This document shows positions 36,626 through 45,997 of a stretch of 64,000 bases of DNA, piece by piece. Source of the stretch: Kiloniellales bacterium (GTDB lineage: Bacteria; Pseudomonadota; Alphaproteobacteria; Kiloniellales; JAKSDN01); NCBI GenBank assembly GCA_030064845.1, contig JASJEC010000005.1, forward strand, positions 61,451 to 125,450, given 5' to 3'. The notes under the pieces were generated by a model that worked only from the letters and a program-made list of their open reading frames with translations, was not told where the DNA came from and did no database searches. Each line of letters begins with the position of its first letter. Position 1 is the first letter of the stretch. Made by a program: the position numbers and the translations under genes.

Positions 36626-36970
36626 GTGGGCGCCGCCGTTCCAAGGGGCCGCAAGGGGGATCCTGGGTTGAATCAGCTGATCAAGAAGCTCTGGGGGGGC
36701 GAGGTTCCCCTGGGCGAGGCCTTTTGGAGCTATGCGGTTTCCTACGGCCTGCTGCTCAACGTGGTTACCAGCTTCTGCTTCACGCTGCTGCTGATCAGGG
36801 AGGCGCCCCTGGTCTGGCTGATCGTCTCCTTCTGCGCCCCGCTGCCCTACAACATCCTGGCCGTGGTCGCCGTTTGGCGGAGCGCCGACCGCTATGCCGG
36901 CGCGCGCCACCGGGCCGAACTTGCGCGGGTCGGCACGGTCTTCTGGATGCTGTTCCTGACCGCCGCCTGA
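36626..36970 (+). CDS. Small membrane protein of unknown function
   Basis: Three predicted hydrophobic helices; LIKKLWGGEVPLGEAFW...VWRSADRYAG. In-frame TTG 36668 has a GGGGA SD. An AT-rich promoter-like stretch lies at 36590-36620. Confidence 0.5.
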   Translation: MGAAVPRGRKGDPGLNQLIKKLWGGEVPLGEAFWSYAVSYGLLLNVVTSFCFTLLLIREAPLVWLIVSFCAPLPYNILAVVAVWRSADRYAGARHRAELARVGTVFWMLFLTAA

Positions 36971-37166
36971 ACTTCTTTCTTGCCCGGCTCGCGCCCAGAG
37001 CCTGGAAGACGGCGGGAGGCCGCCGCTATCCAATTGCCAGCCGCCGGAACTGGAGCTAGGCTCGATTCCAACATTCAGAAAAAGGGTTCGCCGCGGGAGA
37101 AACGCTGCCCCGCCGCCCGGTGCGCGGCCGGTGGAGGCAAGAACCTGAGAACAGGGAGTAACAACT

Positions 37167-38762
37167 GTGAAACGACCGAAACTGACCGGATTCCTATTTG
37201 GCCTCGTGGCCGTGATCGGCCTGGCCTTGGCCCAGCCGGCCGGCGCCAAGGGCGGCGGCACCATGGTGATGCTGGTGCAGCCGGAACCGCCGAGTCTGGC
37301 CTCTTATCTTTCGACTTCGGGCCCGATCGGCATGGTGACCTCCAAGGTCTTCGACGGCCTGCTGGAGTACGACCTCGACCTGCAGCCGCAGCCCGGCTTG
37401 GCCGAGTCCTGGACCCTGTCCGACGACGGCCTGACCCTGACCTTCAAGCTCAGGCAGGGCGTGGTGTTCCATGACGGCAAGCCGCTGACCGCCGAGGACG
37501 TGAGGTTCTCGATCGAGGACGCCGCCAAGGTGACCCACCCGCGCGGCCCCAACACCTTCAAGTCGGTCACCGCGATCGAGACGCCGGACGACCATACGGT
37601 CGTGCTTAAGCTCGAGAAGCCGGCGCCCTACATGATCATGGCCTTTTCCAGCTATGAGACGCCGATCCTGCCGAAGCACATCTACGGCACGGGCGACCTC
37701 AGGGCCCACCCGAACGCCAACAAGCCGATCGGCTCTGGCCCCTTCAAGTTCGTCGAGTGGCGCAAGGGCACCTTGATCCGTCTCGACAAGAACGAGAACT
37801 ACTGGAAGGAAGGCCAGCCCTATCTGGACCGGATCGTCGCCCGCTTCATCCCGGACGCCTCGACCCGGACCGCCGCCCTCGAGAAGGGCGAGGCCCACTT
37901 CGCGGCCATGGGCGCGGTGCCCTTCAACGACGCCAAGAAGCTGGCGGCAAACGCGGATCTGATGGTTACGACCAAGGGCCACGAGATGATCTCGCCGGTG
38001 GCGGAGATCCTGCTCAACACCCGTCGCGCGCCGCTCAACGACGCCAACGTGCGGCGGGCCATCGCCTATGCCATCGACCGGCAGTTTCTGATCGACAACA
38101 TCTGGTTCGGCTACGGCAAGCCCGCGACCGGCCCGATGAGCTCCAACTTCGAGCCCGGCGGGCTCTACACCAGCGACGTCAAGACCTACCAGGTCGAGAA
38201 CGGCGTCGAGATCGCCAACAAGATCCTCGACGAGGCCGGCTACAAGAAGGGCGCCGACGGCTTCCGCTTCGAGCTGATGCACGACAGCCTGCCCTATGGC
38301 CAGGAGTGGACCCGCCTCGGCGAGTACATCGCCCAGGCGCTCGGCAAGATCGGCATCAAGGTGACGATCCGGCAGGAGGACGTCGCCCGCTGGCTCAAGC
38401 GGACCTACACCGACAACGACTTCGATACGACGGGCAACTACCTCTACAACCTGTCGGATCCGGTGGTCGGCGTGCACCGCGCGGTGGTCTCCGAAGCGAT
38501 CGTCAAGGGCCGGGTCTTCTCCAACGGCTCCGGCTGGTCGGACCCCAGGGTCGACGACCTCCTGGCCAAGGCGACGGTCGAGGCCGATCCCAAGAAGCGC
38601 AGCGGGTTCTACGCCGAGGCGCTGAAGATTGTTGCCGAAGAGCAGCCGATCGTCTGGACCCACGAGATGAACTTCCCGACGGTGATCAACAATAAGTTCA
38701 AGGACGTCATCGTCAGCCCGCTCGGGGTCTACTCGAACTTCGACCGGGTTCACACCGAATAA
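37167..38762 (+). CDS. ABC transporter substrate-binding protein, peptide/nickel family 5
   Basis: GTG start with AGGGAG SD, signal peptide, and a full-length DppA/OppA-like pattern (LVEYDLDLQPQPGLAESW...). Confidence 0.85.
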   Translation: MKRPKLTGFLFGLVAVIGLALAQPAGAKGGGTMVMLVQPEPPSLASYLSTSGPIGMVTSKVFDGLLEYDLDLQPQPGLAESWTLSDDGLTLTFKLRQGVVFHDGKPLTAEDVRFSIEDAAKVTHPRGPNTFKSVTAIETPDDHTVVLKLEKPAPYMIMAFSSYETPILPKHIYGTGDLRAHPNANKPIGSGPFKFVEWRKGTLIRLDKNENYWKEGQPYLDRIVARFIPDASTRTAALEKGEAHFAAMGAVPFNDAKKLAANADLMVTTKGHEMISPVAEILLNTRRAPLNDANVRRAIAYAIDRQFLIDNIWFGYGKPATGPMSSNFEPGGLYTSDVKTYQVENGVEIANKILDEAGYKKGADGFRFELMHDSLPYGQEWTRLGEYIAQALGKIGIKVTIRQEDVARWLKRTYTDNDFDTTGNYLYNLSDPVVGVHRAVVSEAIVKGRVFSNGSGWSDPRVDDLLAKATVEADPKKRSGFYAEALKIVAEEQPIVWTHEMNFPTVINNKFKDVIVSPLGVYSNFDRVHTE

Positions 38763-38857
38763 GAAGAAGGCTAGGCGAATGAAGCGCTTGGCGGCGGCCT
38801 TCAGCGGGCCGCCGCCAATGCCTTTCGCCTCCCGTTCCTCCTAAGCCGCGGCGGACC

Positions 38858-39844
38858 ATGCAAGGCAGCAGGCTTCTCCGGTACATCGCCAGGCGCATCT
38901 TTCAGGCCGTCCCGGTCATCATCGGGGTGGTGATCCTCTGTTTCCTGATGCTGCAGCTCGCGCCGGGCGACCTGGCGACCGTGCTGGCCGGGGAGTCCGG
39001 CGGCGCCTCCGAGGAATACATCGCCGAGCTGCGCAAGCGCTTCGGCCTCGACCAGCCGCTGCTGGTGCAGCTCTGGCTCTACATCAAGAGCGTCGCGGTC
39101 TTCGACCTGGGCTTTTCCTTCCGCCACGGCATGGACGTCACCGACCTGCTGCTGGAGCGGCTCTGGCCGACTCTGATCCTCATGGGCGCGACGCTCTTCA
39201 TGTCTCTGGGGTTCGGCGTGCTGGCCGGACTCTTCGCGGCGCTCTGGGTGCGCACCTGGCGCGACCACGTCATTTCCGTCGCGGCCATCATCGCCTATGC
39301 GACGCCGCTCTTCTGGGTCGGTCTGATGCTGATCCTGGTGTTCTCGATCTGGCTCGACTGGTTCCCCACCTCGGGCATGGAGGACGTGGTCCAGTTCTAC
39401 GAGGGTTGGGACCGGGTGGTCGATATCGCCCACCATCTCGTGCTGCCCTCGATCACCCTTTCGCTCTTCTATCTCGCGCTCTATGCCCGCTTGATGCGCG
39501 CGACCATGCTCGAGCAGCGCGGCCTGGACTATGTCACGACGGCCCGGGCCAAGGGCCTGACCGAGCGGCAGATCACCTTTCGTCACGTGCTGCGCAATGC
39601 CCTGCTGCCGGTCGTCACCGTCGCCGGCGTCCAGACGGGCGGCCTGCTCGGCGGCTCGGTCGTGGTCGAGAGCGTTTTCGCCTGGCCGGGACTGGGCCAG
39701 CTCGCCTTCGACGCCCTCTTCTCGCGCGACTACAACCTGCTGCTCGGGATCTTCTTCCTCTCGGCCTGCCTTGTGGTCTTCGTCAATCTCGTGGTCGACA
39801 TCATCTACGTCTTCCTCGACCCGCGGATCCGGATCGAGTCATGA
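38858..39844 (+). CDS. ABC transporter permease (DppB-like)
   Basis: 328 aa; LRYIARRIFQAVPVIIGVVILCFLML and the EAA-loop region LDYVTTARAKGL. Confidence 0.85.
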   Translation: MQGSRLLRYIARRIFQAVPVIIGVVILCFLMLQLAPGDLATVLAGESGGASEEYIAELRKRFGLDQPLLVQLWLYIKSVAVFDLGFSFRHGMDVTDLLLERLWPTLILMGATLFMSLGFGVLAGLFAALWVRTWRDHVISVAAIIAYATPLFWVGLMLILVFSIWLDWFPTSGMEDVVQFYEGWDRVVDIAHHLVLPSITLSLFYLALYARLMRATMLEQRGLDYVTTARAKGLTERQITFRHVLRNALLPVVTVAGVQTGGLLGGSVVVESVFAWPGLGQLAFDALFSRDYNLLLGIFFLSACLVVFVNLVVDIIYVFLDPRIRIES

Positions 39845-40668
39845 AGACCTTCTGGCAGCGCTTCCTGACCAACCCGCGGGTCCTGCTCGGCCTGATCTGG
39901 CTCGGTTTCGTCACCCTGATCGCCATCCTGGCGCCGCTGATCTCGCCGGAAGATCCTTTCTCCATCGTCGGTCAGCCTTTCCTGCCGCCCTTCGGCGAAT
40001 ACCTTTTCGGTACCGACTCCCTGGGCCGTTCCATGCTGGCCGGCCTGGTCCACGGCTCGCGCACCTCGCTCCTGATCGCCATCATCGCGACCTTGAGCGC
40101 GGTCGTCGTCGGCGCCCTGGTCGGCGCGCTGGCCGGCTACTACGGCAAGCTGGTCGACGACGGCCTGATGCGCATGACCGAGTTCTTCCAGACCATTCCT
40201 TCCTTCATCTTCGCCATTGTGCTGGTCGCCATCCTGACCCCTTCGGCAGCCAGCCTGATCATCGCCATCGCCGTGGTGTCCTGGCCGCCGATCGCCCGCG
40301 TCGTGCGCGGCGAGGTGCTCTCCGTGAAGTCGCGCGAGTTCGTGCAGGCCGCCGTGGTCGCCGGCCAGAACGATAGCGGCATCCTCTTCAAGCAGGTCAT
40401 TCCCAACACGCTCTCGCCGCTGATCGTGACCGGCTCGCTGCTGGTCGCGACCGCGATCCTCACCGAGTCCGCGCTCGCCTTCCTCGGCCTCGGCGCGCCC
40501 AATCTGATGAGCTGGGGCTTCATGGTCGGGGCCGGACGCTCCTTCCTGCGCGACGCCTGGTGGCTGGTGACCATTCCCGGCGTGGCGATCCTGATCACGG
40601 TGCTCTGCATCAACCTGGTGGGAGAGGGCCTCAACGACGCCCTGAACCCGAGGCTGCGCGACCTATGA
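39841..40668 (+). CDS. ABC transporter permease (DppC-like)
   Basis: ATGA overlap with the upstream permease; GTDSLGRSMLAGLVHGSRTSL and REFVQAAVVAGQ motifs. Confidence 0.85.
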   Translation: MKTFWQRFLTNPRVLLGLIWLGFVTLIAILAPLISPEDPFSIVGQPFLPPFGEYLFGTDSLGRSMLAGLVHGSRTSLLIAIIATLSAVVVGALVGALAGYYGKLVDDGLMRMTEFFQTIPSFIFAIVLVAILTPSAASLIIAIAVVSWPPIARVVRGEVLSVKSREFVQAAVVAGQNDSGILFKQVIPNTLSPLIVTGSLLVATAILTESALAFLGLGAPNLMSWGFMVGAGRSFLRDAWWLVTIPGVAILITVLCINLVGEGLNDALNPRLRDL

Positions 40669-42281
40669 CCGGCTCCGTCATCTCGATCGACGACCTCACG
40701 GTCGCGCTGCCGAGCTGGTCCGACCGGCCCCACGCAGTCGAGCAGGTCTCGCTCCAGATCCGGCCGAACGAGATCCTCTGCGTCGTCGGCGAGTCCGGCT
40801 CGGGCAAGTCGGTCATGTCCAAGGCGATCCTGCGCCTCCTGCCCGAGCCCCACGTCCGTGTGACCGGCGGGAAGATCATCTTCGAAAACCGCAATCTGCT
40901 CGATCTCGGCGACGAGGAGATGCGCGACCTGCGCGGCGGCCGCATCTCCATGATCTTCCAGGAGCCAATGACCGCGCTCAATCCGCTGATGCAGGTCGGC
41001 CGGCAGATCGACGAGATCTTCGAGGTGCACACGGAGCTCAAGCCCGCCGAGCGCCGCGAACGGGTGATCGCGCTGTTCGATGACGTTCGCCTGCCCGAAC
41101 CGGCGCGGCTCCTCAACAGCTATCCCCACGAGCTTTCCGGCGGCCAGCGCCAGCGGGTCATGATCGCCATGGCCTTGGCTCTCGAACCCGCACTCATCAT
41201 CGCCGACGAGCCGACCACGGCGCTCGACGTCACCACCCAGGCGCAGATCCTTTCCTTGATGAAGCGCCTGCAGCGCGAGCACGGCACCTCGATCCTCTTC
41301 ATCACCCACGACTTCGGCGTGGTCGCCGAGATCGCCGACCGGGTTGCCGTCATGCGCCACGGCAAGCTGGTCGAGGAGGGGACGGCGGAACAGGTCCTGA
41401 GCCACCCCCAGGCCGACTACACCAAGGCCTTGATTGCCGCGGTGCCGAGCCTGGTCCCGCGCGACCAGGACGGTGTCGAGGAAGAGGACAAACCTGTCCT
41501 CGTCGTGCGCAACTTGGAAAAGACCTATGGGGGCCGCACTGGGCTCTTCGGTCAGCGCGGGCGGACGGTGCGCGCTGTGGCCGACGTCAGCCTGGAGGTG
41601 GAGAGTGGCGCGTCCCTAGCGGTTGTGGGCGAGTCCGGCTCCGGCAAGTCTACCCTGGCGCGCTGCATCATCGGCCTGGAGACGCCGGAGAGCGGCGAGA
41701 TCCTGCTCAACGGGGCCAATATCGCGCGCCTTTCCCGCACGGCTTTGCGGCCATACCGCAAGGTCGTGCAGATGGTCTTCCAGGACCCCTTCGCCTCGCT
41801 CAACCCGCGCCACAAAGTGGGCGATATCATTGCCCTGGGTCCGACGATCCAGGGCACGCCGAAAGAGAAGGCGTGGGAAGACGCCCGCGAGCTTCTGCGC
41901 CGGGTCGGCCTGGAGCCTGCGGCCGCCGACCGCTATCCCCATGAGTTCTCCGGCGGCCAGCGCCAGCGCATCGGCATCGCCCGGGCGCTCGCCATCCGGC
42001 CCCGGCTGATCATCGCCGACGAGCCGGTCTCGGCGCTCGACGTCTCGGTGCAGAAGCAGGTGCTCGACCTGCTCGACGAGCTGCGTCGGGAGCTGTCGCT
42101 CTCCATGCTCTTCATCACCCATGACCTGCGCGTCGCGGCCCACGTCTGCGAGCAAATCGTGGTCATGCGCAGCGGCGAACTGGTGGAACGGGGCACCACC
42201 GCCGAGATCTTCGCCAATCCCCAGCACGACTACACCAGGGCGCTGCTCGACTCGGTGCCCGGCAAAGCCTGGCGGCACTGA
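40665..42281 (+). CDS. Fused double ATPase of peptide-type ABC transporter (DppD-DppF fusion)
   Basis: Two Walker A sites (GESGSGKS twice), two LSGGQRQR signatures; ATGA overlap with the permease. Confidence 0.9.
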   Translation: MTGSVISIDDLTVALPSWSDRPHAVEQVSLQIRPNEILCVVGESGSGKSVMSKAILRLLPEPHVRVTGGKIIFENRNLLDLGDEEMRDLRGGRISMIFQEPMTALNPLMQVGRQIDEIFEVHTELKPAERRERVIALFDDVRLPEPARLLNSYPHELSGGQRQRVMIAMALALEPALIIADEPTTALDVTTQAQILSLMKRLQREHGTSILFITHDFGVVAEIADRVAVMRHGKLVEEGTAEQVLSHPQADYTKALIAAVPSLVPRDQDGVEEEDKPVLVVRNLEKTYGGRTGLFGQRGRTVRAVADVSLEVESGASLAVVGESGSGKSTLARCIIGLETPESGEILLNGANIARLSRTALRPYRKVVQMVFQDPFASLNPRHKVGDIIALGPTIQGTPKEKAWEDARELLRRVGLEPAAADRYPHEFSGGQRQRIGIARALAIRPRLIIADEPVSALDVSVQKQVLDLLDELRRELSLSMLFITHDLRVAAHVCEQIVVMRSGELVERGTTAEIFANPQHDYTRALLDSVPGKAWRH

Positions 42282-42317
42282 CAGTACTCTTCTAGGGGAG
42301 AGGGTAAAAATGCGTTG

Positions 42318-43733
42318 TCAGCCCTCGTTCCAGACCGAGACAGGCGGTTTCCGGTCCCAGAAGCGCAGCTCTCGCTCGAGGGTCCGGGCGGCGCGCAGAA
42401 GCAGCGCTTCCTCGAAGGGACGCCCGATCAGCTGGATGCCGATGGGAAGGCCGTTGGAACAGGAACCGGCCGGCAGCGTGATGGCGGGAAAGCCGAGCAG
42501 GTTGACCGGCCGAGAGCAATGGCCCGAGGCGATCACGAAATCCGAGAAGCCCGGATTGCCGCTCAGGTCCGACTCCGCGATGGTCGGCAGCCGGTACGGC
42601 CACATCGGCGTCAGAATGAGATCGACCTCGCGGAAGACGCCTTCCAGGGTTTGGCGCGCGAAACGGCGGCGAAACTCCAGGGCGCGCAGATAGGCCTCGG
42701 CCGGGATGAAGAGACCGGCCATCAAGCGGCCCAGGGTTTGCGGCCCGTAGTCCTGTGCCCGGTCCTTCAGCCAGCCGCCGTGCACGGCCGCGCCCTCGAC
42801 GGCGATGACGGTCGTTGCGACGCGGTTGGCGCGCGCGACCTCCGCTACGGTCACGCCTTTTTCGCGGGCGCCCAGCACCGACAAAGCCTTTCGCGCGACT
42901 TCGAAAGTCGCGGCGACGTCCCGGTCGATCGGGCGGAGGAAGTAGTTTTCCGGAACGCCGAGGCGCAGGCCCTCGATTCCTTCCTCGATCTCCAGGAGGT
43001 AGTCCGGGATCTCGACCCTGGCGGAGGCCGGATCTTGGGGGTCGTGGCCGGCGATGGCCTGAAGCACGATCGCGCAGTCGCGCACGGTCCGGGTCAAGGG
43101 CCCAACGGTATCGAGGCTGTGGGACAGCGGGATCACGCCGGAGCGGCCGAGCAGGCCGGAAGTGGGCTTGAGACCGACCAGCCCGCAGGCGGCGGCCGGC
43201 AGACGCACCGAGCCGCCGGTGTCCGAGCCCAGGGCCGCGGGCAGCAGGCCGGCGGCGACCGAGGCGGCCGAGCCGCTGGAGGAGCCGCCGGTGACGTAAT
43301 CGGGGTTCCAGGGATTGCGGACATGGCCCGTGATCTCGTTGTGCCCAGTGGTGCCGAGGCCGAACTCGACCGTGTTCAGCCGGCCGCAATCGATCGCGCC
43401 GGCCTGGTCGAGCCGCCGGCAGACCTGGGCGGTGTCCCGCGCCCGCACGCCCTCGAGAAGACGGGAGCCCGCTTCGATAGTCCACCCCTCGCGAAGGTAG
43501 AGATCCTTGTGGGCCAGTGGGATGCCGGACAGGGGAGGGCTTGCCGCGCCTCCTCCTGTTTCCCGCCGGGCGGCGGCCGCCAGAGCGTGGTCCGGTTCGG
43601 TGCGCGCCAGGGCGTTCAGCCGCCGGCCTAGGCCTTCCAGCCCCTCGATCGTCCTTGCCGTCAGGTCCGACGCGGTCAGGGCGCCGGCCCGCAGGCCCGC
43701 CGCCTGTTCCTCGATCGTCAGGCCGAGGGTCAC
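42318..43733 (-). CDS. Amidase-signature family amidase
   Basis: GGSSSGSAASVAAG signature and upstream KD...; GTG start overlapping the stop of the 66-aa ORF (GTGA). Confidence 0.85.
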   Translation of the reverse strand: MTLGLTIEEQAAGLRAGALTASDLTARTIEGLEGLGRRLNALARTEPDHALAAAARRETGGGAASPPLSGIPLAHKDLYLREGWTIEAGSRLLEGVRARDTAQVCRRLDQAGAIDCGRLNTVEFGLGTTGHNEITGHVRNPWNPDYVTGGSSSGSAASVAAGLLPAALGSDTGGSVRLPAAACGLVGLKPTSGLLGRSGVIPLSHSLDTVGPLTRTVRDCAIVLQAIAGHDPQDPASARVEIPDYLLEIEEGIEGLRLGVPENYFLRPIDRDVAATFEVARKALSVLGAREKGVTVAEVARANRVATTVIAVEGAAVHGGWLKDRAQDYGPQTLGRLMAGLFIPAEAYLRALEFRRRFARQTLEGVFREVDLILTPMWPYRLPTIAESDLSGNPGFSDFVIASGHCSRPVNLLGFPAITLPAGSCSNGLPIGIQLIGRPFEEALLLRAARTLERELRFWDRKPPVSVWNEG

Positions 43734-43930
43734 GGCGTCTTCTGCTCCCGCAGGCGAGACGTGAGGATCAGAGGGAACTCCTCCGGAGCGAGCGGATCTT
43801 CCGGGCTGAAGTCAACGCCCTCGAGCGCTTCCGTCATTCGTCGCGCGGCCCGCTTGGCGTCGGCGATCTTCTTGCGCGACACGCTCTGGGCCGCGAGTAG
43901 CTCTTCCCAGTCCTTGGCGCTCATGGCCAA
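43730..43930 (-). CDS. Small protein translationally coupled to the amidase (possible GatC/AtzG-like partner; speculative)
   Basis: 66 aa, AGGAG SD 7 nt upstream, strong G/C third-position bias, stop overlaps the amidase start. Confidence 0.5.
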   Translation of the reverse strand: MAMSAKDWEELLAAQSVSRKKIADAKRAARRMTEALEGVDFSPEDPLAPEEFPLILTSRLREQKTP

Positions 43931-44010
43931 CTCCTGCCCGATTCCTGGACTTCGAGCCTAAGCCGTAGCGGAGGAACGCGGAAGCGGAAAGCCGGTCGCC
44001 GCCGTCGCGC

Positions 44011-44145
44011 TTAGCCGTTCGACCACTTGACCTGGAACTCGATCTCCTCTTCCCCGTTGCCCAGCTCGTGCTCGACGGTGAATTCGGCGCGGACGGGGAG
44101 GTAGATCCGCTCTAGAATGTGCCGTTCGAAGGGGAGAGCGGTCAT
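44011..44145 (-). CDS. Unlisted 44-codon ORF (hypothetical)
   Basis: MTALPFERHILERIYLPVRAEFTVEHELGNGEEEIEFQVKWSNG; 38 of 44 codons end in G/C; no SD. Its ATG (44145-44143) interlocks with the ATG of the divergent methyltransferase (44144). Confidence 0.3.
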   Translation of the reverse strand: MTALPFERHILERIYLPVRAEFTVEHELGNGEEEIEFQVKWSNG

Positions 44146-44977
44146 GGCGAAGGAAGCGATTGTCGCCGCGCACTACGAGGCCGAAGGCCTGGTCGCGGCG
44201 ATCCGCGAGGGTCTGGAGCGCAGCGGCAAAGCGCCGAAAGCGGCGACCATCGAGGATCTCGCGCCGGTCGACGAGTTCCATATCGGCGGGCGCCAGGCTT
44301 CCGAGGACTTCCTCGGCCAGCTCGGCCTGAGCGCGGAAGATCACGTGCTCGACGTGGGGTCGGGCCTCGGCGGTCCGGCGCGCTACACCGCCCAGCGCTG
44401 GGGGGCGCGGGTGACCGGGATCGACCTGACGGCGGCCTTCGTCGAGACCGGTCGGGTCCTGACCGGCTGGGTCGGCCTCGACGAGCGGGTCGCGCTGCAC
44501 CAGGGCAGCGCGCTGACGACGGGCTTCGAGGACGCGGCTTTCGACGCGGCCTACATGCTGCATGTCGGCATGAACATCGCCGACAAGGAGGCGCTCTTCG
44601 CCGAGGTCGCGCGGGTCACCCGGCCGGGCGGGCTGTTCGGCGTCTACGACGTCATGGCCACGAGTGACGAGCCGCTCAGCTACCCCGTGCCCTGGGCCGC
44701 GACGCCGGAGACCAGCGCCCTGGCCGGTCCCGAGACCTACCGGCAGGCCCTGGCCGGGGCCGGCTTCGCCATCGTCGCGGAACGGGAGCGCCGCGGCTTC
44801 GCGCTCGACTTCTTCGCCACCTTGAGAAAGAAGACCGAGGCCGCCGGCGGACCGCCGCCGCTCGGCCTCCATCTGGTCATGGGCGAGAGCGCGCCGGTCA
44901 AGATCCGCAACATGGTCGAGAACATAACGGCCGGCCGCATCACGCCGGTCGAGATGATCGCGCGGAAAACCGGCTAG
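44144..44977 (+). CDS. Class I SAM-dependent methyltransferase
   Basis: Motif I VLDVGSGLGGPA, then VTRPGGLF. GGGGAG SD before ATG 44144. The TAG stop is part of the repeat terminus. Confidence 0.8.
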   Translation: MAKEAIVAAHYEAEGLVAAIREGLERSGKAPKAATIEDLAPVDEFHIGGRQASEDFLGQLGLSAEDHVLDVGSGLGGPARYTAQRWGARVTGIDLTAAFVETGRVLTGWVGLDERVALHQGSALTTGFEDAAFDAAYMLHVGMNIADKEALFAEVARVTRPGGLFGVYDVMATSDEPLSYPVPWAATPETSALAGPETYRQALAGAGFAIVAERERRGFALDFFATLRKKTEAAGGPPPLGLHLVMGESAPVKIRNMVENITAGRITPVEMIARKTG

Positions 44978-45116
44978 AGCAGATCCGGGTTTGACTGAAT
45001 CGCCGGAGGCGATCCATCAAACCCGGTGAATCTGCTCTAAACCTATGTCGTAGAGCGGATTCACATGTTTAGTTAGCAACCACGAAGTGGTTCCATCTAA
45101 ACATGATCCGCTCTAG
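44974..45116. repeat. Twin-hairpin element locus 2 (A unit 44974-45039, 11-bp spacer, B unit 45051-45116; inverted relative to locus 3)
   Basis: ctagagcagatccgggtttgactgaatcgccggaggcgatccatcaaacccggtgaatctgctcta / aacctatgtcg / tagagcggattcacatgtttagttagcaaccacgaagtggttccatctaaacatgatccgctctag. Confidence 0.85.
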
Positions 45117-45266
45117 CGCCGGTTCCGAACCTGCCGCAAGGCTCTGGAAAGCCTGCAAGCCAATGATTATATGAGCTAAAACGGGATCGGCGCCGATCAA
45201 GAAGCGCCGACCGGCAGGGTTTCTTCGCGTCTGTAATCGCAACCGGACCGAAAGGAAAGTCGGCCC

Positions 45267-45941
45267 ATGGACTCCAGCGCGAAGGACCTCAACAGCCACT
45301 ACAGGCCCCGCTCGGCGAGCGACCGCATCGCCTACGGTTTCGTCAAGCTGCTCCGCTTCTTCGCCGATCTCTTCTTCGCCAAGCGCTATGGCCACCGGGC
45401 CGTCGTCCTGGAGACGGTCGCGGCGGTTCCCGGCATGGTCGGCGGACTGCTCCAGCACCTGAGCTGCCTCAGGCACATCCGCGAGGACCGGGGCTGGATC
45501 CGCACCCTGCTGGACGAGGCCGAGAACGAGCGCATGCACCTCATGACCTTCGTCGAGATCGCCAAGCCGAGCCTCTTCGAGCGCGTCCTGGTCATGCTGA
45601 CCCAGGCGGTGTTCTACAATCTCTACTTCTTCCTCTACCTCTTCTCGCCGAAGACCGCGCACCGCATCGTCGGTTACTTCGAGGAGGAGGCCGTGATCAG
45701 CTACACCCAGTACCTCGAGGAGATCGACGCCGGCCGCCACGAGAACGTCGCGGCGCCGCAGATCGCGATCGACTATTGGGGGCTGGCGCGCGACGCCAGG
45801 CTGCGCGACGTGGTCATCGCAGTGCGGGCAGACGAGGCCGGGCACCGCGACGCCAACCACGGCTTCGCCGACACGCTGGCGGGGCGCGGCGGCGCCGAGG
45901 TGGTGCCGATCGAGGCCGGCCGCGACAAGGCGGCCGCTTAA
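45267..45941 (+). CDS. aox: Alternative (cyanide-insensitive) ubiquinol oxidase AOX
   Basis: Di-iron motifs [27 protein letters not shown] and [12 protein letters not shown]. Confidence 0.9.
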   Translation: MDSSAKDLNSHYRPRSASDRIAYGFVKLLRFFADLFFAKRYGHRAVVLETVAAVPGMVGGLLQHLSCLRHIREDRGWIRTLLDEAENERMHLMTFVEIAKPSLFERVLVMLTQAVFYNLYFFLYLFSPKTAHRIVGYFEEEAVISYTQYLEEIDAGRHENVAAPQIAIDYWGLARDARLRDVVIAVRADEAGHRDANHGFADTLAGRGGAEVVPIEAGRDKAAA

Positions 45942-45997
45942 CAGGTTAGGGCGCGTTCGCCGGGTCGATCCGAGCGGCCCGGCGACGCCGCGCTGCT

